DNA from: Desulfobacterales bacterium
GTDB lineage: Bacteria > Desulfobacterota > Desulfobacteria > Desulfobacterales > UBA5852
Length of the DNA stretch: 64,000 nt
Direction: 5' to 3'
Assembly (NCBI GenBank): GCA_963674755.2
Contig: CAXXVS010000002.1
Span: 1,600,001 to 1,664,000 of the forward strand
Each line of letters opens with the position of its first letter. Positions within the stretch are counted from its first letter, which is position 1. Positions 23,299 to 32,399 of the stretch are shown in pieces. The position numbers and the translations under genes were made by a program. The notes below the pieces were generated by a model. The model saw only the letters and a list, made by a program, of their open reading frames with translations. It did not search any database and had not been told where the DNA came from.

Positions 23299-23491
23299 GG
23301 GGATCCCCCACCGGCGGAGCACTGCCGAAGCCATTTCAAGAAAACACCTCGGATCGGCTGAACCGCCCGGGGGCCGCCTGTGAAACGTTTTACCCAATGA
23401 TGAGGTAACCAGACCCCGAATCCATTCTGCATATCATCACAAAATTTTATTTTTTTATATTATTTCAGCATGTTAAAAAATGAGATGAATA

Positions 23492-23507
23492 CGGCACAGG
23501 AATTGCT
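23492..23507 (+). promoter_or_regulatory. sigma54 promoter
   Basis: CGGCACAGGAATTGCT is GG-N10-GC, with an AT-rich IHF-like tract upstream. Confidence 0.75.
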
Positions 23508-23561
23508 TTGAACCATTCTCGATGTAAAATGAACAATGATCCAAAAGGAGGAGGTTATACA

Positions 23562-23642
23562 ATGCTGGGCGCTTTTGACAATTTCGATCTTGTTGGCCTG
23601 ACCATCGCCGTCATTTCCCTGATCAGGGTTGCCGTGGGATAA
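23562..23642 (+). CDS. 26-aa hydrophobic small protein MLGAFDNFDLVGLTIAVISLIRVAVG
   Basis: AAGGAGGAGG RBS, sigma54 promoter, one hydrophobic helix; below the ORF-track size cutoff. Confidence 0.65.
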   Translation: MLGAFDNFDLVGLTIAVISLIRVAVG

Positions 23643-23825
23643 TCGCATCAATCCGGGTTTATGATCGGGCAACAGCCTTCCCGGATGATGGCGGCCTTGA
23701 CCCCCTCGTGACACGGTCTTACCGTAACCGGCATATGGCAAAAACGGAAAGGTGGTTGCCGATATAGCCGGAAACCCCATCCCCCCAAACCTACCTTTAT
23801 TAGGAAACCATCAAAGGCGAATGGT

Positions 23826-24650
23826 GTGCCGGAACTGCCTGAAGTCCAAACGGTCGTCAACGATCTGATCGCCGCCGGTCTCGTTGGGGAGACCATTACA
23901 GGTGTCCGTGTCCGCTGGGCGGGCAGTATTGCCGATCTGGCGGCCGATGCGTTTCGGCAAGCGCTGTCCGGTCGCCGCATCACCCGCATCAGTCGACGCG
24001 CCAAATTCATTGTCTGGCAGCTGGACGACCGCCAGACCATGCTCACCCATCTGCGCATGACCGGGCGTTTCAGCCTGAACCGCCCGGGTGCGGTCTACGG
24101 CAAACACGACCACCTCGCCTTTACGCTCGCCTCGCGGCGGCAGCTCCGCTTTCAGGACACGCGTAAATTCGGCCGTTTCTATCTTGCGGATTGCGGGGCG
24201 ATCCTGGATCGCCTGGGACCGGAGCCGCTTGAGCGGCAGTTCAGTGCGCACCTTCTGGGTGCCCGCCTGGCCTCCCATCGGCGCCAGCTCAAGCCCCTGC
24301 TGCTGGACCAGCGCTTTTTAGCCGGGCTGGGCAATATCTATGTGGATGAAGCCCTGTGGGCGGCGGGTCTGCATCCCATGCGCTTGTCAGACTCCTTGGC
24401 CAAAACCGATATCCGGCGCCTGCATCGGTCCATCCGCCAGGTTCTGCGCCGTGGGCTGCGCAATATGGGCACCACCCTGGGGACCGGTGCAACCACCTTT
24501 TATTCCGTGGCGGGCAACCGCGGCCGCAACCGGGATGAACTCAAGGTTTTTCGGCAAACCGGGACGCCCTGCCCCCGCTGCCGCGCCACCATCGTCCGCA
24601 TGGTGGTGGGCCAACGCAGCACCCACATCTGCCCGGTTTGTCAAAAGTGA
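23826..24650 (+). CDS. mutM: formamidopyrimidine-DNA glycosylase
   Basis: PELPEV N-terminus, HLRMTG, DTRKFG, GLGNIYVDE and CPRC...CPVCQ zinc finger. Confidence 0.97.
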   Translation: MPELPEVQTVVNDLIAAGLVGETITGVRVRWAGSIADLAADAFRQALSGRRITRISRRAKFIVWQLDDRQTMLTHLRMTGRFSLNRPGAVYGKHDHLAFTLASRRQLRFQDTRKFGRFYLADCGAILDRLGPEPLERQFSAHLLGARLASHRRQLKPLLLDQRFLAGLGNIYVDEALWAAGLHPMRLSDSLAKTDIRRLHRSIRQVLRRGLRNMGTTLGTGATTFYSVAGNRGRNRDELKVFRQTGTPCPRCRATIVRMVVGQRSTHICPVCQK

Positions 24651-24792
24651 AAAGGATGGGTTTTGTATGGCGGTGCGGATTTGAAGGGCGGCCCGCCGCC
24701 GTGGCGCGCGATAGCGCAAGCGCGGGGGCTGAAGGCTGCTAAACGTCGATCGTGGTCCGCTTCTGGTGGATCGGACTTTTTTTGCGACACCG

Positions 24793-25044
24793 TCATTTTT
24801 CTTCTTCGGCATCCCCGTTTTTGAAGACCTCCCGACGCTCGTCGTCCTCCCGGGAATTGAAGAAGGGCGAGCTGCGACGGTCCCCTCCGCCGCGCCGATG
24901 CCGCTGCCAGCGACGTTCGGGAAACATCTCAGCCGTCATCCGATGCCGCCGGTCCGCTTTTTTGCGCCGACCTCCCAGATCCCTTGTTTTCCGGCTGTCT
25001 GGTTCCGAACGGCTGTCCGATGCATCTTTTGGCGTATCGTTCAT
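24793..25044 (-). CDS. small Arg-rich hypothetical protein
   Basis: GGAGGA RBS; repeated DRR/ERR motifs. Confidence 0.55.
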   Translation of the reverse strand: MNDTPKDASDSRSEPDSRKTRDLGGRRKKADRRHRMTAEMFPERRWQRHRRGGGDRRSSPFFNSREDDERREVFKNGDAEEEK

Positions 25045-25375
25045 GGTCTCGTCCTCCGGCGACAGGTCATACGCACAGCTTTTCGCTCTGCAGGCCGCCT
25101 AGTCACGGGCGGCGCCTCCCGACAAGTCCCCCCCTGGCGTAAAGGCTCTCGTCGCACTCCTTCTTCTATAATAGCCAAATATAATATGAAATCAATCCGT
25201 TAGTTTTATTTTTGGGCAAGGCCAGTTCCGCGAGGTCTGATTCATCCCTCTTGACAGCGCGGGGCACGCGCGGTGTATAGGAAGACGCTCACCGCAAGTT
25301 TGCCCCGCGCCGCCTCACCCGCCCGACGGGTCCGGTGGAGGAAGCCCACAACTCTAACGTTGCAGGAGGTTTACC

Positions 25376-26959
25376 ATGAAAAAATGGTTTGCACTCGCTT
25401 TGGCCCTGGTGATTGCGGTCCCCATGGCCTCGGCCTTCGCCGCCACCCCCGCCGACACCCTGGTGATGGCCTGGCAGTTCGATGACATCATCACCCTGGA
25501 TCCGGCCGAAATCTTCGAATTTTCAGGGGCCGAGTATGCCGGCAATACCTATGACCGTCTGATCGGCTACGACGTGGATGATGTCAGCAAGATATACGGC
25601 GTGGCGGCGGAAAGCTGGACGGTCGCCCCGGACGGCAAGACCTTTACCTTCAAGATTCGTGACGGCATCAAATTCGCCTCGGGCAACCCCCTGACCGCCG
25701 AGGATGTGGCCTTCTCCCTTCAACGCACCGTTATCCTGGACAAGTCCCCGGCCTTCATCCTGGGGCAGTTCGGTTTCACGGCCGAGAATGTGCGCGACCG
25801 GATCAAGGCCGTGGATGCCCATACCGTGACGATCGAGACGGACCAGAAATACGCCCCGACCTTCGTGCTCTACTGCCTCACGGCCACGGTGGGCTCCGTG
25901 GTGGACAAAAAGGAAGTCATGGCCCATGAAAAAGACGGCGACCTCGGCCATGCCTGGCTGCGGACGAATTATGCCGGATCGGGCCCCTTCAAACTGAACC
26001 AGTGGAAAGCCAGCGAATTGCTGATGCTGGATGCCAACACGGCCTACTGGGACGGCGCACCGACCATGAAGCGCATCATCATCCGCCAGATTGCGGAACC
26101 GGCCACCCAGCGGCTGCTCCTGGAAAAGGGGGATATCGACATCGCCCGCAACCTCGGTCCCGACCAGATTCAGGGACTGGAGGGCAACCCCGCCGTTAAA
26201 ATTCACGCCTCCCCCAAGGGCGGCCTCTTCTACTTGGGCCTCAATCAGAAAAATGAAATCCTGAGCAAGCCCCAGGTACGCCAGGCCCTGAAGTACCTGG
26301 TGGATTACGACGGCATCGCCAACACGATCCTCAAGGGCAGCATGGTGCCCCACCAGGCGTTTCTGCCCAAAGGTTTCCTCGGTGCCCTCGAAGACAAGCC
26401 TTTCAAGCTCGATCCGGAAAAGGCCAAGCAGCTGCTGGCTGAAGCAGGCTATCCCGACGGCTTTTCCATCTCCATGGATACCCGCAACAATTTCCCCACC
26501 CTGGACATGGCCCAGGCCATCCAGTCCACCTTCGCCCTGGGGGGCGTCAAGCTGGAGATCATCCCCATGGACGGCAAGCAGGCCCTGACCAAATACCGGG
26601 CCCGCAACCACGAGATCTACATCGGCCGCTGGGGACCGGACTACCAGGACCCCCACACCAACGCCGACACCTTTGCCAAGAACCTGGACAACGCCGACGA
26701 TGCCAAGGCCAAACCCCTGGCCTGGCGCAACGCCTGGGACATCCCGGAGATGAGCCAAATAACCGACGCGGCCGTGCGGGAAAGCGATCCTCAGAAACGG
26801 GCCCAGATGTACCTGGAGCTGCAGCGCGAGCACCAGCAGAACTCGCCTTTCGTGATCATGTTCCAGGATATCGAGGTGGCCGCCGAGCGTGCCAACGTGC
26901 AGGGATTCGTGCTCGGCCCCAGCTTTGACAGCAACTTCTACCGCGACGTCACCAAATAG
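25376..26959 (+). CDS. peptide ABC transporter substrate-binding protein (SBP family 5)
   Basis: Signal peptide, TLDPA, FTFKIRDGIKFASGNPLTAEDV and GSGPFKL. Confidence 0.93.
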   Translation: MKKWFALALALVIAVPMASAFAATPADTLVMAWQFDDIITLDPAEIFEFSGAEYAGNTYDRLIGYDVDDVSKIYGVAAESWTVAPDGKTFTFKIRDGIKFASGNPLTAEDVAFSLQRTVILDKSPAFILGQFGFTAENVRDRIKAVDAHTVTIETDQKYAPTFVLYCLTATVGSVVDKKEVMAHEKDGDLGHAWLRTNYAGSGPFKLNQWKASELLMLDANTAYWDGAPTMKRIIIRQIAEPATQRLLLEKGDIDIARNLGPDQIQGLEGNPAVKIHASPKGGLFYLGLNQKNEILSKPQVRQALKYLVDYDGIANTILKGSMVPHQAFLPKGFLGALEDKPFKLDPEKAKQLLAEAGYPDGFSISMDTRNNFPTLDMAQAIQSTFALGGVKLEIIPMDGKQALTKYRARNHEIYIGRWGPDYQDPHTNADTFAKNLDNADDAKAKPLAWRNAWDIPEMSQITDAAVRESDPQKRAQMYLELQREHQQNSPFVIMFQDIEVAAERANVQGFVLGPSFDSNFYRDVTK

Positions 26960-26962
26960 CCC

Positions 26963-28015
26963 ATGGGGGCAGTCTCCCAGGCATCCGGCCGGGGCCGTCG
27001 CCTGCGGCGTTACAGCCGCAAGGTGGCGGCCTTGGTGGCATCGGTCGCCCTGACCTTTCTGGGGCTGCTGCTCGTGACCTTCCTGATCGGCCGGGTGGTG
27101 CCCATTGATCCCGTTCTGGCCGCAGTGGGCGACCGAGCCCCGGCCGAAGTCTATGAACGGGTCCGCATCGAGCTGGGGCTGAACCTGCCCCTCTACCAGC
27201 AGTTTTTCATCTATCTCGGCAAAGTTCTCCAGGGCGATCTCGGCCGTTCGGTCCTGACCGCCCATCCTGTCATTTCCGACATCTTGCGGGTTTTTCCGGC
27301 TACCCTGGAACTGGCCACGGCCGCCACCCTGTTCGGCATCGTTCTGGGGATTCCCATGGGCGTCATGGCCGCCGTGCACCAGGGACGCTGGCCGGACCAG
27401 ATGCTCCGGGTGGTGGGGCTCTTCGGTTATTCCGTGCCGGTGTTCTGGCTGGGCCTGATGGGGCTGCTGCTCTTCTATGGCCGGCTGGATTGGGTGCCGG
27501 GCCCCGGACGGCTGGATGTCTTCTATGAAGGGCTGGTGCCGGCCAAGACGGGCGTCATCCTCATCGACAGCGCCCTGGCCGGCGATTGGACCATCTTCCG
27601 CAACGCCCTGGCCCATATCGTTTTGCCGGCCGCCATCCTGGGTTACTACAGCCTGGCCTATATCAGCCGCATGACCCGCAGTTTCATGCTGGAGCAGCTC
27701 AACCAGGAGTATATCACCACGGCCCGGGTCAAGGGTGTCAGCGAGCAGGCCGTCATCTGGCGCCACGCCCTGGGCAATGTCCGCATCCCTCTGATCACCG
27801 TGATCGCCCTGAGCTACGGCAATCTATTGGAGGGCTCGGTGCTCACGGAAACGGTTTTCGCCTGGCCGGGGCTGGGGTTCTATCTGACCCAGTCCCTGCT
27901 CAGTGCGGATATGAACGCCGTGCTGGGCGGCACCATCGTCGTCGGTTCGGTCTTCATCGGCATCAACCTGCTCTCGGACGCCCTCTACCGGCTCATGGAC
28001 CCCCGCGCACGATGA
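26963..28015 (+). CDS. peptide ABC permease (DppB type)
   Basis: QGDLGRS, FPATLELA, YITTARVKG and ETVFAWPGLG. Confidence 0.93.
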   Translation: MGAVSQASGRGRRLRRYSRKVAALVASVALTFLGLLLVTFLIGRVVPIDPVLAAVGDRAPAEVYERVRIELGLNLPLYQQFFIYLGKVLQGDLGRSVLTAHPVISDILRVFPATLELATAATLFGIVLGIPMGVMAAVHQGRWPDQMLRVVGLFGYSVPVFWLGLMGLLLFYGRLDWVPGPGRLDVFYEGLVPAKTGVILIDSALAGDWTIFRNALAHIVLPAAILGYYSLAYISRMTRSFMLEQLNQEYITTARVKGVSEQAVIWRHALGNVRIPLITVIALSYGNLLEGSVLTETVFAWPGLGFYLTQSLLSADMNAVLGGTIVVGSVFIGINLLSDALYRLMDPRAR

Positions 28016-28959
28016 CGACCTCTCCCAGCGATAGCATGCCTATTCCCGAAGGCCGATGGTCCGGGCTTCGCCAGTGGCTCATGTCCACGGCCCCCCAATC
28101 GCGCCGCCAGGCCCGCCTGGGCCGCGCCTATCTGGCCTGGCTGAATTTCACGGAAAACCGTCTGGCCGTGGTCGGCCTGGCCATCATTCTGCTGCTGATC
28201 GCCACGGCCGCCCTGGCGCCCACCATCGCGCCCTATCCCCCCAATGCCCCGGATTTGGCGGCCCGCCTGGCCTCCCCGTCCGCCGCCCACTGGCTGGGCA
28301 CGGACGAACTGGGTCGCGACATTCTCTCCCGCATCATCTATGGATCAAGGCTGACCCTGTACGTCATCGTCCTGGTGGCCGTCATCGCGGCCCCCGTGGG
28401 CCTTCTGATCGGCACCGTGGCCGGCTATGCCGGCGGCTGGCTGGACACCGTCCTGATGCGCATCACGGACATTTTTCTGGCCTTCCCCAAACTCATCCTG
28501 GCCCTGGCCTTTGTCGCCGCCCTGGGGCCGGGCATCGAAAACGCCATCATCGCCATTGCCATCACCTCCTGGCCCCCCTATGCCCGCATTGCCCGGGCGG
28601 AGACCATCACCATCCGCAAGGCCGATTTCATCAAGGCCGCCCGGCTCCAGGGCGCCGGCCCGGCCCGGCTCGTCTGGGGCCATATCATGCCCCTGTGCCT
28701 CTCCTCCCTGATCGTTCGCGTAACCCTGGACATGGCCGGCATCATCCTCACGGCGGCCGGTCTGGGCTTTCTGGGGCTGGGGGCCCAGCCGCCCCTGCCC
28801 GAATGGGGGGCCATGATTTCCAGCGGGCGCAAATATATGCTGGATCAATGGTGGGTCGCCGCCATGCCCGGTATCGCCATCTTCGTGGTCAGCCTGGGGT
28901 TCAATCTGCTGGGCGACGGGCTGCGGGACGTCCTGGACCCCAAGCGGGAGGGCCGCTGA
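28012..28959 (+). CDS. peptide ABC permease (DppC type)
   Basis: HWLGTDELGRD, GLGFLGLGAQPPLPEWG and NLLGDGLRD; ATGA overlap with the upstream gene. Confidence 0.93.
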   Translation: MTTSPSDSMPIPEGRWSGLRQWLMSTAPQSRRQARLGRAYLAWLNFTENRLAVVGLAIILLLIATAALAPTIAPYPPNAPDLAARLASPSAAHWLGTDELGRDILSRIIYGSRLTLYVIVLVAVIAAPVGLLIGTVAGYAGGWLDTVLMRITDIFLAFPKLILALAFVAALGPGIENAIIAIAITSWPPYARIARAETITIRKADFIKAARLQGAGPARLVWGHIMPLCLSSLIVRVTLDMAGIILTAAGLGFLGLGAQPPLPEWGAMISSGRKYMLDQWWVAAMPGIAIFVVSLGFNLLGDGLRDVLDPKREGR

Positions 28960-29802
28960 ATGGATGCCCTGCTGGATGTCCGCAATCTCAGGGTGACCTT
29001 CAAGACCCCCAAGGAAACCGTCCAGGCCGTCCGCGGGGTCAGTTTCACCATGGGCCGGGAGAAGCTCGGCATCGTGGGGGAATCGGGCTCCGGCAAGTCC
29101 GTGACCTGCCGCGCCCTCCTGGGTCTGATCCGACCGCCCGGACGAATCGCCGCGGATCATCTGCGCTTCGACGGATTGGATCTCCTCAAGATCGATTCCC
29201 GCCAGATGCGGCACATCCGGGGCCGGCGCATCGCCATGGTCATGCAGGATCCCAAGTATTCCCTGAACCCGGTCATGACGGTGGGCGCGCAGATCGCCGA
29301 AGCCTATCGCATCCACGCCCGCGCCTCTCGTTCGATTGCGCGCCGCAAGACCCTCGAGATGCTGGAGGCCGTGCGTATCCGCCATCCGGAACAGGTGTAC
29401 GATGCCTATCCCCACCAGGTTTCCGGCGGCATGGGACAGCGCATCATGATCGCCATGATGCTGATTCCCGACCCGGACCTGCTCATCGCCGACGAGCCCA
29501 CCTCCGCCCTGGATGTCACGGTCCAGTTGCAGCTCCTGGCCATCATGGACGATCTGGTGCAGGAGCGCGGCATGGGACTGGTCTTTATCAGCCACGACCT
29601 CAATCTGGTGGCCTCCTTCTGCGACCGCATCATCATCATGTATGCCGGGCGCATCATGGAAATCTGTAACGCTGCCGATCTCCAACAGGCCCGGCACCCT
29701 TACACCCGGGGGCTGCTCGATTGCCTGCCGCGCATGGACACCCCGCCCGGCAAACTTCCGGTGCTCCGGCGGGATCCGTCCTGGGAGGAAGGGGCTCCAT
29801 GA
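28960..29802 (+). CDS. peptide ABC ATPase (DppD type)
   Basis: GESGSGKS, YPHQVSGGMGQR and IADEPTSALD. Confidence 0.93.
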   Translation: MDALLDVRNLRVTFKTPKETVQAVRGVSFTMGREKLGIVGESGSGKSVTCRALLGLIRPPGRIAADHLRFDGLDLLKIDSRQMRHIRGRRIAMVMQDPKYSLNPVMTVGAQIAEAYRIHARASRSIARRKTLEMLEAVRIRHPEQVYDAYPHQVSGGMGQRIMIAMMLIPDPDLLIADEPTSALDVTVQLQLLAIMDDLVQERGMGLVFISHDLNLVASFCDRIIIMYAGRIMEICNAADLQQARHPYTRGLLDCLPRMDTPPGKLPVLRRDPSWEEGAP

Positions 29803-30620
29803 TCCGGGTACGCGACCTGAATGTCACTTTCGGCCGGGGACGAGGCGCCATGCATGCCGTGCAGGGCGTCTCTTTCGACGTCGGCGCCGGTGAAATCTTC
29901 GGCATTGTGGGGGAATCGGGATCCGGCAAATCCACGGTATTAAATGCGCTCTGTGGCTTAAACCGCCGATGGAGCGGAACCGTGACCATCGACGGCGAAA
30001 CGCAATCCCCCCAGCGCAGCCGCGCCTTTCACAAGAAGGTCCAGATGGTGTTCCAGGATCCTTACGGCTCGCTCCATCCCCGCCATACGGTGGACCGCAT
30101 CCTGTCCGAACCGGTGGCCATCCACAGCCTGGGAAAGACCGAAGCCCGTGTACTGCAGGCCTTGGAAGAGGTCGGCCTGGGGCCGGCCTTCCGCTTCCGC
30201 TACCCGCACCAGCTCTCCGGCGGACAGCGCCAGCGGGTGGCCGTGGCCCGGGCCCTGATCCTGGAGCCGCGCATCCTTCTGCTGGACGAACCCACTTCAG
30301 CCCTGGATGTCTCGGTCCAGGCCGAGGTGCTCAATCTCCTGACCGGGCTGCAAGGGCGGCGCAACCTGACGTACATTTTGGTCAGCCACAACCTGGCCGT
30401 GGTGGCCCACATGTGCCGCCGGATTGCCGTCATGAATCGCGGTATTATCGTTGAGGAATTGAGCGTCGAAACCCTGCGCGAACAATCCCCCGAGCATCCC
30501 TATACCCGCCAACTGCTCAGCGCCAGCCGGGGATATGATCGTGCAGCGGCCGCCAATATCGAAGAGTTTGAAACGAACACTATGGAGAAAAAGGGGCATA
30601 CCCCGGAGGTGGATGCATGA
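29799..30620 (+). CDS. peptide ABC ATPase (DppF type)
   Basis: GESGSGKST, LSGGQRQR and LLDEPTSALD. Confidence 0.93.
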   Translation: MIRVRDLNVTFGRGRGAMHAVQGVSFDVGAGEIFGIVGESGSGKSTVLNALCGLNRRWSGTVTIDGETQSPQRSRAFHKKVQMVFQDPYGSLHPRHTVDRILSEPVAIHSLGKTEARVLQALEEVGLGPAFRFRYPHQLSGGQRQRVAVARALILEPRILLLDEPTSALDVSVQAEVLNLLTGLQGRRNLTYILVSHNLAVVAHMCRRIAVMNRGIIVEELSVETLREQSPEHPYTRQLLSASRGYDRAAAANIEEFETNTMEKKGHTPEVDA

Positions 30621-31648
30621 ACACGAAGCTGGACCAACGCGTCGAAACCCTTCACCGGCAGGCATTCATCGTGGATGCCCATTTCGACCTCCCCTGGGAT
30701 GTGGCCAACCAGCGGGAGCGGGGGGCCAAACAGGTCATCGCTTCCCAGTATCAAGAACGCTTCCGGGAGGGCGGCTTCGGCCTGATCGTGTCGGCCATTT
30801 TCATTGAAAACTTCTTCCTGCCGGAAATGGGCCTGCGCCGCGCTTTGGGCCAGATCAGCCACCTGTCCGAAGAGCTGGACGAACTTTCCGACACCTTATC
30901 CCTGTGCCGCAGCCTGGAAGATATCCACGCGGCCCGGGCGGCCGGCCGCATCGGCCTGCTGCTCTCCCTGGAAGGGGCCGACCCCCTGCAGAACGATTTG
31001 AATCTGCTGCGCATCTTCTACGATCTGGGGGTCCGTGGCCTGGGACTTACCTGGAGCCGGCGCAACTACGCCGCCGACGGGTGCGCCTTCACCCCCGAGG
31101 CCGAAGTCCGCCCTTGCGGGCTGACGGATTTCGGGCGGGCCCTCGTTCAAAAGGCCGAAGCGTTGGGCATGCTGGTGGATGTGAGCCACTTGAACGAGGC
31201 CGGGTTCTGGGATGTTCTCAAAACCGCCACCAAGCCGATCATCGCCTCCCACTCCAACTGCCGGGCCCTGGTCGATACCCCCCGCAACCTGACCGACGAC
31301 CAGATCAAGGCCCTGGCCGCGGCCGGCGGGGTCATGGGGATGAACGCCATCAGCGCCTTCGTGGGGGACACCTCCCGCAAACGCAACGCGGACGACCTGC
31401 TCGATCACGTGGACCACATCGTAAGGCTCGTGGGCGTTGACCACATCGGCCTCGGCCTTGATTTCTGCAGCGGCTTCAAGGACTACCTCTCCCTGCCCCA
31501 TGCCCTGAACACCTACGACGTCCTCCCCGGCCACCATCATTTGAAGGACTTCACCACCGGCATGGTTAAACGGGGTTACAGCGACGAGGACATCCTGAAG
31601 GTGCTGGGGGGAAATTTCCTGAGAATTTATGAACAGGTCCTGAAGTAA
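30617..31648 (+). CDS. membrane-dipeptidase (M19) family dipeptidase
   Basis: DAHFD, SLEG, VDVSH, ASHSN, RNLTD, GLDF and GGNFLR. Confidence 0.92.
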   Translation: MNTKLDQRVETLHRQAFIVDAHFDLPWDVANQRERGAKQVIASQYQERFREGGFGLIVSAIFIENFFLPEMGLRRALGQISHLSEELDELSDTLSLCRSLEDIHAARAAGRIGLLLSLEGADPLQNDLNLLRIFYDLGVRGLGLTWSRRNYAADGCAFTPEAEVRPCGLTDFGRALVQKAEALGMLVDVSHLNEAGFWDVLKTATKPIIASHSNCRALVDTPRNLTDDQIKALAAAGGVMGMNAISAFVGDTSRKRNADDLLDHVDHIVRLVGVDHIGLGLDFCSGFKDYLSLPHALNTYDVLPGHHHLKDFTTGMVKRGYSDEDILKVLGGNFLRIYEQVLK

Positions 31649-31812
31649 GGGTTCAGGGATCCGAGGGGTCAGGGATTCAAGGGTAAAAAGAAGAAGGGTG
31701 AAGCAACGGTTTGACTTGAAAAAGTGCGTCCTGTTACTGTTTTGTTGCTTTTCACGCGACCCCTTGGCCCCTTGAATCCTCGGACCCTGCCGTTTCTGCT
31801 CCTTTGACCCCT
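31649..31812. repeat. inverted arrays of degenerate 8-bp repeats
   Basis: GGGTTCAG GGATCCGA GGGGTCAG GGATTCAA opposite CGACCCCT TGGCCCCT TGAATCCT CGGACCCT. Confidence 0.7.
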
Positions 31813-31833
31813 TCAATCGAAAGGAACATCGCC

Positions 31834-32307
31834 ATGGCCACCCGCTACTGGCTCATGAAATCCGAACCCGGAGAGTATTCCCTGGAGGATCTCAAAAGCG
31901 AACCCCACCAGACCGACCACTGGGACGGCGTGCGCAACTACCAGGCCCGCAACTTCATGCGCGACGAGATGCAGAAAGGCGACCGGGTGATCTTCTACCA
32001 CAGCGGCAAGAAGCCGGAAGCGGTGGGCACGGCCCGCATCGTCAAGACCGGCTATCCCGACCACACGGCCCAGGACCCCAAGAACAACCACTACGATCCC
32101 AAAAGTTCGCCGGACAATCCCATCTGGTACATGGTGGACATCCAGTTCGAATCGGAATTCAAGACCCCCCTCCCCCTCAAGGAACTGCGGGAAGTTCCGG
32201 CCCTGAAAGACATGACCCTCCTGCGCCGCGGCAACCGCCTTTCGGTCATGCCGGTCACCAAGAAGGAATTCGATACCATCGTCAAAATGGGAAGTAAAAA
32301 GAGCTGA
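31834..32307 (+). CDS. EVE domain protein
   Basis: YWLMKSEP, WDGVRNYQARN, FYHS, YDPKS and RLSVMPV. Confidence 0.95.
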   Translation: MATRYWLMKSEPGEYSLEDLKSEPHQTDHWDGVRNYQARNFMRDEMQKGDRVIFYHSGKKPEAVGTARIVKTGYPDHTAQDPKNNHYDPKSSPDNPIWYMVDIQFESEFKTPLPLKELREVPALKDMTLLRRGNRLSVMPVTKKEFDTIVKMGSKKS

Positions 32308-32399
32308 TCCATCGATATCCCATGTTCGGGTAAATGGACAAAGAAGGGCACGCCATCAAGGCGTGCCCTTTATTATATCCGCTGCCGAGGCAGCGGATA

